64,000 bases of DNA from Dehalococcoidia bacterium (lineage in GTDB: Bacteria; Chloroflexota; Dehalococcoidia; Plut-88900): positions 384,001 to 448,000 of the forward strand of contig CBDFLQ010000006.1 in NCBI GenBank assembly GCA_965249275.1, written 5' to 3'. Position 1 is the stretch's first letter, and the number at the start of each line of letters is the position of its first letter. The notes under the pieces were generated by a model. The model saw nothing but the letters and a program-made list of their open reading frames with translations. It was not told where the DNA came from and did no database searches. This document shows, in pieces, positions 58,316-64,000 of this stretch. The translations under genes and the position numbers were made by a program.

Positions 58316-59551
58316 ATGTCTGCCGAACAGCACATCGCCAATAGCCCCCCCGACAACAACGGTGGCTACCGTCTCGTATGCCGAAACATCTGGAAAATCT
58401 TCGGTGACGGCGCCGATAACCTTGTCGGCTCCATAGACCCTTCCATCTCCCGAGAAGAGCTGCTCGCGCAAACCGGATGCGTCGTCGCGGTCAAAAACGT
58501 CTCTTTCGAGGTTCGCGAAGGCGAGACATTCGTCATCATGGGCCTTTCCGGCAGCGGCAAGTCCACCTTGGTCCGTTGCCTTAGCCGCCTCATCGAGCCC
58601 ACCCGAGGCCATATTCTCATAGACGGCGAGGATGTCCTCGCTATGAACAAGCAGCAACTCCGCGACATCCGCCGTTACAAGATGGGCATGGTCTTCCAGC
58701 ATTTTGGCAACTTCCCCCACAAGAGAGTCATGGAAAACGTCGTCTATGGCCTCCAGATCCAGGGCATGGACAAGGTTAAGCGCAACAAGCGCGCCGCGGA
58801 TGTGATAGAGCTGGTTGGATTGATGGGATGGGAAGAGCGCTACCCCCACGAGTTGAGCGGAGGAATGCAGCAGCGCGTAGGCCTCGCCCGAGCCCTCGCC
58901 GTCGACCCCCAGATCCTCCTCTTCGACGAACCCTTCAGCGCCCTCGACCCCCTAATCCGGCGGGAAATGCAGGACCAGCTAATCAAGCTCCAGCAGCTTG
59001 TACAAAAGACCATGGTCTTCATAACCCACGACTTCCTTGAAGCTCTTAAGGTCGGCGACCGGGTCGCCATTATGAAAGACGGAGAGTTCGTCCAGGTAGG
59101 CACACCGGAAGAAGTCGTCTCAGCTCCCACAAACGACTACGTCCGGGACTTCACCCGAGACGTCCCAAGGTCCAAAGTGCTCACCGCCCGTTCCGTCATG
59201 ACCCCAGCCCGAGTCTATTCCACCACCGACGAGAGATTGGCAGATCTGACCGCCAGAATGAATGACCAGGATTGTGACTGCGCCGTGGTCGTAGACAATC
59301 AGAATAACTTCCGAGGAACGGTGCAGTTGTCGGACATCGCCAGTGGCTCCACCGACAACGCCAGCGTCGCCTCCGTCATGCGCGACTCATGTCCCACCGC
59401 CCAACCCGGGACCCGTCTGGAACAACTCATCCCTCTAGTTATCTCCAACGATGATCCCATCGCCGTCCTTGATGATACCCAATGCGTCGGCACCATCAGC
59501 CGCCAGGCCGCCATGTCTGCCCTAATTAGCGACGATGGGGTGGCCACGTGA
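58316..59551 (+). CDS. proV: Glycine betaine/proline ABC ATP-binding protein with CBS domains
   Basis: MGLSGSGKST, LSGGMQQRVGLARALA and DEPFSALDPLIRREMQ motifs. Confidence 0.92.
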   Translation: MSAEQHIANSPPDNNGGYRLVCRNIWKIFGDGADNLVGSIDPSISREELLAQTGCVVAVKNVSFEVREGETFVIMGLSGSGKSTLVRCLSRLIEPTRGHILIDGEDVLAMNKQQLRDIRRYKMGMVFQHFGNFPHKRVMENVVYGLQIQGMDKVKRNKRAADVIELVGLMGWEERYPHELSGGMQQRVGLARALAVDPQILLFDEPFSALDPLIRREMQDQLIKLQQLVQKTMVFITHDFLEALKVGDRVAIMKDGEFVQVGTPEEVVSAPTNDYVRDFTRDVPRSKVLTARSVMTPARVYSTTDERLADLTARMNDQDCDCAVVVDNQNNFRGTVQLSDIASGSTDNASVASVMRDSCPTAQPGTRLEQLIPLVISNDDPIAVLDDTQCVGTISRQAAMSALISDDGVAT

Positions 59552-61539
59552 TACGCGTAGGCGCCCTTCCCACTCAGATACGCCGCGGCGGAGGCCGGTA
59601 CCGGACCTATTTATGGGCTGCCGCAGCCGTCTCCGCCTACCTTTTGGCCTACTCCCTCGCCCAAACCAACGCAGGCACCGAATTCGGAGACTGGCCGGAG
59701 CGCTGGGAGTTGCCTATTCAGGAACCCATAGACAACTTTTTCGATTGGGTAGGCGACACCTTCTCATGGTTCTTCGACCCCATCTCCGACGTCATAGATG
59801 CAGTCCTGTCCTGGATTGACTCCTTCCTACTCTGGCTCCCTTGGCCCGTGGTAGTCGGCACTACCGCCTTGGTCGGTTTCAGGCTGGGTGGCAAATGGCT
59901 GGGCCTGTTCTGCGGAGCAGCGACTCTGTATATAGGCCTGAACGGCTACTGGGACTCCGCGATGCTCACCCTGAGCGTGGTGGCTGTTTCGGTATTGATC
60001 GCTGTCGCCTTTGGAGTCGCAGTCGGCATCCTGGCTGCATCCAGCAACCGGTTCGAGTCAATCGTACGACCCATCCTGGACACCATGCAGGTCCTGCCCG
60101 CCTTCGTCTATCTAATTCCCGCCTTGATCTTCTTCGGGGTGAGTGGTACTCAGGGAGTGTTCCTCACCGTCGTCTATGCGATTCCACCCGTCATCCGGCT
60201 CACGAACCTCGGCATCAGGCAAGTGCCGCGCGCCACCATAGAGACTGCCTACTCCCACGGGTCCACGACGCTTCAGACCCTCTTACAGGTGCAATTGCCC
60301 CTCGCTAAAAACTCCATAATGTTAGGCATTAACCAGACCATAATGATGGCCATTGCTATGGTCATCATAACCGCCCTGGTCGGTGTGTCTGGGTTGGGCA
60401 AAGATGTATGGGTCTCGTTGAGGGAAGTCAACGCAGGTGAGGGGTTGGAAAGCGGCATAGCCATTGTGCTTCTTGCCATCATCCTGGACCGCATCAGCTA
60501 CGCCCTATCCCAGTCAGGCCCGACTTACTCCCAAATGGACCCCACTGATGCTAGCCTTTTAGAAGGAACGCTTTCCCAAAGGGTACGGGCGCTATTGATC
60601 CGCTACCCTTACCAACTATTTGGCGTTGCAGTGACAGCCCTCCTTATAGTCGTCGGCTTGATGGTGCCGTTCCTAAATGAGTTCCCTGACGAAATCACCT
60701 TCTCAATGGCCGAGTACATCAACAGTGCTTTCGACTGGATGGCCATTAACCTCCACTTCATCACAAGCTGGATACGGGACAGCCTGTTCCGGGAGCTCGG
60801 TTTCGCTCCCGTCCACACAATGCTTGTTTGGCTGCCGTGGCCCGCGATGATGGTCCTTGCAGGCGCACTGGCGTACTTAACTTCGGGATGGCGGGTTTCC
60901 CTTCTTGCAGTGTCAGGACTAGCTTTCGCCGGCATCGGCGGGGTTTGGGACGTGACCATGGACACCCTGAGCCAAGTTCTGACAGCGGGAGTCTTCACAG
61001 TGGTGTTGGGTCTCGCACTGGGAGTCTTCGCCTCTCAGAACAAGACTTTCGAGTCCATCCTCCGCCCCATCCTGGACACCATGCAGACGATGCCTATTTT
61101 CGTCTACCTAATCCCCGTCATCATGCTCTGGGGCATCGGGCCCCTTGTCGGCATCATAGCCACCGCCGTATATGCCCTTCCACCCGTGGTCCGTATGACC
61201 AGCCTGGGCCTTAAGCAAGTTCCGCCCCAGGTGATAGAAACCGCCCAGTCTCACGGTTCCACTGGCCTCCAGACCATGTTGCAAGTGCGGATGCCTCTGG
61301 CCTTCCCCACTATAATGATGGGCGTCAACCAGACCATTATCATGGTTCTGGCCATGGTAATCATCGCCGGGCTTGTGGGAGGGGGCGGCCTCGGACAGGA
61401 AGTGTACATCAATTCCATATACCTCAGGATGGGCCATGGCCTTATATCCGGCATGACCATCGTATTCATGGCCATGGTTTTGGATCGTATGACCCAGGGC
61501 AACCAGGGAACCATGAAAGCGTTTGCTGCAGTGAGATAG
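59548..61539 (+). CDS. proW: Glycine betaine/proline ABC permease with two fused ProW domains
   Basis: RPILDTMQ..P.FVYLIP and G.NQT.MM/IM each occur twice. Confidence 0.9.
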   Translation: MIRVGALPTQIRRGGGRYRTYLWAAAAVSAYLLAYSLAQTNAGTEFGDWPERWELPIQEPIDNFFDWVGDTFSWFFDPISDVIDAVLSWIDSFLLWLPWPVVVGTTALVGFRLGGKWLGLFCGAATLYIGLNGYWDSAMLTLSVVAVSVLIAVAFGVAVGILAASSNRFESIVRPILDTMQVLPAFVYLIPALIFFGVSGTQGVFLTVVYAIPPVIRLTNLGIRQVPRATIETAYSHGSTTLQTLLQVQLPLAKNSIMLGINQTIMMAIAMVIITALVGVSGLGKDVWVSLREVNAGEGLESGIAIVLLAIILDRISYALSQSGPTYSQMDPTDASLLEGTLSQRVRALLIRYPYQLFGVAVTALLIVVGLMVPFLNEFPDEITFSMAEYINSAFDWMAINLHFITSWIRDSLFRELGFAPVHTMLVWLPWPAMMVLAGALAYLTSGWRVSLLAVSGLAFAGIGGVWDVTMDTLSQVLTAGVFTVVLGLALGVFASQNKTFESILRPILDTMQTMPIFVYLIPVIMLWGIGPLVGIIATAVYALPPVVRMTSLGLKQVPPQVIETAQSHGSTGLQTMLQVRMPLAFPTIMMGVNQTIIMVLAMVIIAGLVGGGGLGQEVYINSIYLRMGHGLISGMTIVFMAMVLDRMTQGNQGTMKAFAAVR

Positions 61540-61657
61540 TAAAGTTTTATCATGAGGCCCTGTAGGCCATCAAAGGAGCGGTGCCTATGAGAGAATAGCT
61601 TCCACCTCTAAGTTCGGAACATCACTTTAACCTCCCAACACGGAAGGGAGAAACGAA

Positions 61658-62656
61658 ATGAAAAAAGTTAATTCTAGATGGATAGGTCTCTCGGTGGCCT
61701 TGGCACTCATCATCGTCCTCGCGGTGGGACTGGCTTGCGGCGGAGGAGATTCGGAGGAAGATGGATCCAAGGGAACCATCTTCCTGGTAGACCAGGACTG
61801 GAACGGCCAACTCGTACTGACAGCTGTAGCACAAATCCTATTGGAGCAGGAAATGGGCTACAGTGTTGCGACCAAGTTCTCTCCCGCGGACTCCGCACAC
61901 CTATTCACTGGCCTGCAAGATGGAGACTTCCACTTCGTGTGTTGCAACTGGCCCTCCTACAGTGCGGAATTGCTTGATGAATTCGTGAATGAAGACGGCA
62001 AGGAATCCGTGGAGCGCCTGGGACTGGTGGGCATCAGTGGTGATAGCGGCTGGTACGTTCCCTCCTACGTCATAAATGGTGACTCCTCCCGCGGTATCGC
62101 AGCAGTCGCCCCTGATCTCCGCACCGTTGAACAGCTTAACCAGTACAAGTCTGTCTTCGCCACGAGCGACACCGGTGAGAGTGGAAGACTTCTGGAGTTT
62201 ACGCCGGCCTGGGACACCAGAGGCGAGGAACGGCTGGAAGCTTTCGGAGCAGACTATCAGGTCATCTTTGCCGGTTCAGAAGCCGCTGCCTTGGCAGAAT
62301 TGGATGCCGCCTTTACACGCGGCGACCCTGTCCTTACTTACCTCTGGGAACCCCATTGGGCTCATGTGACATACGACCTCGTACAAGTCGAGATGCCTGA
62401 ATGGACACCGGATTGCTATCCTGACGGCGATGATTTCGGCTGCGGTTTCCCCAGCGACCCTGTTGCCAAGCTTGTTTGGCCGGGCCTCAAGGACGAATTC
62501 CCTGATGCCTATGCGTTCCTTTCAAACTTCCAGTTGACCAACGCACAGCAGACTGCGATTGTCCTCAACCATGAGGAAAACGATCTCACCGTTCGCGGCG
62601 CCGCCCAAGCCTGGGTGGACGCCAACGAAGATGTCTGGAAGGCCTGGATCCCCTAG
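61658..62656 (+). CDS. proX: Glycine betaine ABC substrate-binding lipoprotein
   Basis: Lipobox LAC, GWYVP.Y, Y.W.PHW and A..WV..N...W..W motifs. Confidence 0.88.
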   Translation: MKKVNSRWIGLSVALALIIVLAVGLACGGGDSEEDGSKGTIFLVDQDWNGQLVLTAVAQILLEQEMGYSVATKFSPADSAHLFTGLQDGDFHFVCCNWPSYSAELLDEFVNEDGKESVERLGLVGISGDSGWYVPSYVINGDSSRGIAAVAPDLRTVEQLNQYKSVFATSDTGESGRLLEFTPAWDTRGEERLEAFGADYQVIFAGSEAAALAELDAAFTRGDPVLTYLWEPHWAHVTYDLVQVEMPEWTPDCYPDGDDFGCGFPSDPVAKLVWPGLKDEFPDAYAFLSNFQLTNAQQTAIVLNHEENDLTVRGAAQAWVDANEDVWKAWIP

Positions 62657-62713
62657 ACTGCTTGCTTTCGTTCTAATACCCGAAACTGGTCCCATTCCAA
62701 ACTGGAAATCATA

Positions 62714-62745
62714 GGTCACGGGAGGGGTTAACCCCTCCCGTGACC
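62714..62745. terminator. Perfect 32-bp palindrome (REP-like hairpin/attenuator)
   Basis: GGTCACGGGAGGGGTT-AACCCCTCCCGTGACC. Confidence 0.55.
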
Positions 62746-62765
62746 CGACTTGCAGAGGGTTGGCA

Positions 62766-64000
62766 ATGAAATATGACCACATTGTAGTCGGCGCGGGTTC
62801 TGGTGGAGCCGTGCTTGCCAGCCGTCTGTCCGAGGACCCCAACCGGTCCGTCCTCCTGATTGAGGCTGGCGAGGACTTCTCCGACCTGGACCGCCTTCCT
62901 CCCGAGCTCAAATACCTCTACGGCCCCCGACCCACCGTCTTCGAAAGCCATCACCTCTGGAACTTCGAGGCCCGCACAACCGACGAGGCCATTCCAACCA
63001 TGGTCCCGCGCGGCAGAGTCACCGGCGGCACCAGCGCCATCAATGGCGCAAACTTCCTCCGCGGCGAAAGGGAGGACTTTGACCTCTGGGCCGAGGCAGG
63101 CAACGACGAATGGGCCTTCGAAAAGGTTCTCCCCTATTTCAAGAAGACCGAGTCCGACCACGACTTCGACACCGACTACCACGGAAAGACCGGCCCGATC
63201 CGCTGCCGCCGCTTCACCCCCGACGAGTGGGGACCTTTCCAAAAGGCCTTCTATGACGCCTGCCTGGACTACGGCTTCCCCGACTGCCCCGACCACAACC
63301 GCCCTGATTCCACCGGCGTTGGCCCCCTCACCTTCAACGTGGTCGACCGCGTCCGTTGGAGCACCGCCATCGGATATCTCAATCCCGCCCGCCACCGTGT
63401 CAACCTGACATTACGGCCCAACTGCGTAGTTCACGGCATCATCTTCGATGGCAACAAGGCCGAGGGCCTGCTCGTCACCAGCGGCGGCGAGATGTTCACC
63501 GTCTACGGCGATGAGATAATTCTCTCCGCGGGGGTGATAGGTTCGCCGCACATACTGACCCTCTCAGGTGTGGGTCCTGCAGACCAGCTGGTCAAACTCA
63601 GCATTCCCGTCGTACAGGATCTACCCGGCGTCGGAGCAAACCTCCGAGACCACATGGACTTGGACCTCACTTGGGAATCCCTCGCCCCAATGCGCGTTGC
63701 TGAAGAAAAGTGCGCCGAGGGAGCGATCACCCTGCGCTACACCGCCAAAGGCTCTCCTTGGAAGAACGACATGGTCGTTTGCATGAACAACCGCATGTCG
63801 GAAATGCCGGGATTGCCCTTGGATGAATCAGCGGAGGCCCTTGTCGGCTGCCAACTCCTGATCTATATGAGCCTTTCCTCCGGGGAAATGACCGTCGTTT
63901 CCACCGACCCCCGTAAGGCCCCCGAGCTGGACTATAACTACTTTGAGGAACCTCTGGACCGCTCAAGGTACCGGGATGGCGTAAGGATCTGCGTTGATCT
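62766..64000 (+). CDS. GMC oxidoreductase (choline dehydrogenase-like), runs off the window end
   Basis: MKYDHIVVGAGSGGAVLASRLSED, GRVTGGTSAING and LSGVGP..L...GVGANLRDH. Absent from the ORF track because there is no stop in the window. Confidence 0.9.
   Translation, partial: MKYDHIVVGAGSGGAVLASRLSEDPNRSVLLIEAGEDFSDLDRLPPELKYLYGPRPTVFESHHLWNFEARTTDEAIPTMVPRGRVTGGTSAINGANFLRGEREDFDLWAEAGNDEWAFEKVLPYFKKTESDHDFDTDYHGKTGPIRCRRFTPDEWGPFQKAFYDACLDYGFPDCPDHNRPDSTGVGPLTFNVVDRVRWSTAIGYLNPARHRVNLTLRPNCVVHGIIFDGNKAEGLLVTSGGEMFTVYGDEIILSAGVIGSPHILTLSGVGPADQLVKLSIPVVQDLPGVGANLRDHMDLDLTWESLAPMRVAEEKCAEGAITLRYTAKGSPWKNDMVVCMNNRMSEMPGLPLDESAEALVGCQLLIYMSLSSGEMTVVSTDPRKAPELDYNYFEEPLDRSRYRDGVRICVD

Overview
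GC-rich bacterial DNA that looks like Chloroflexota, probably Dehalococcoidia/SAR202. This is inferred from gene content: paralogous luciferase-like monooxygenases, CaiB CoA-transferases, amidohydrolases, CMD proteins, a translin homologue and PaREP1. The window holds about 60 CDSs: a housekeeping block (thiE, yraN, rnhB, mnmA, rsfS, ndk, tsaB, tsaE, thiL), ispH, ggt, hppA, two ABC transporters and catabolic enzymes. It also has tRNA-Lys(CTT), an IS481-family element, a Phd-VapC TA pair, a DNA methyltransferase-HNH fusion and an ATPase+PIN pair. The most unusual signal is non-coding. At least four REP-like palindrome families, an IS5-like MITE triplet and stuttered half-site arrays fill the intergenic spaces, and every asymmetric copy I could identify has the same orientation. 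A ~22-nt hairpin motif is repeatedly inserted into these repeats, sometimes nested inside itself. A separate dispersed element of about 75-150 bp occurs three times; two copies end in a promoter with a possible LexA-like box and bracket an accessory gene cluster. All family assignments come from motif recognition by eye, not from database searches.
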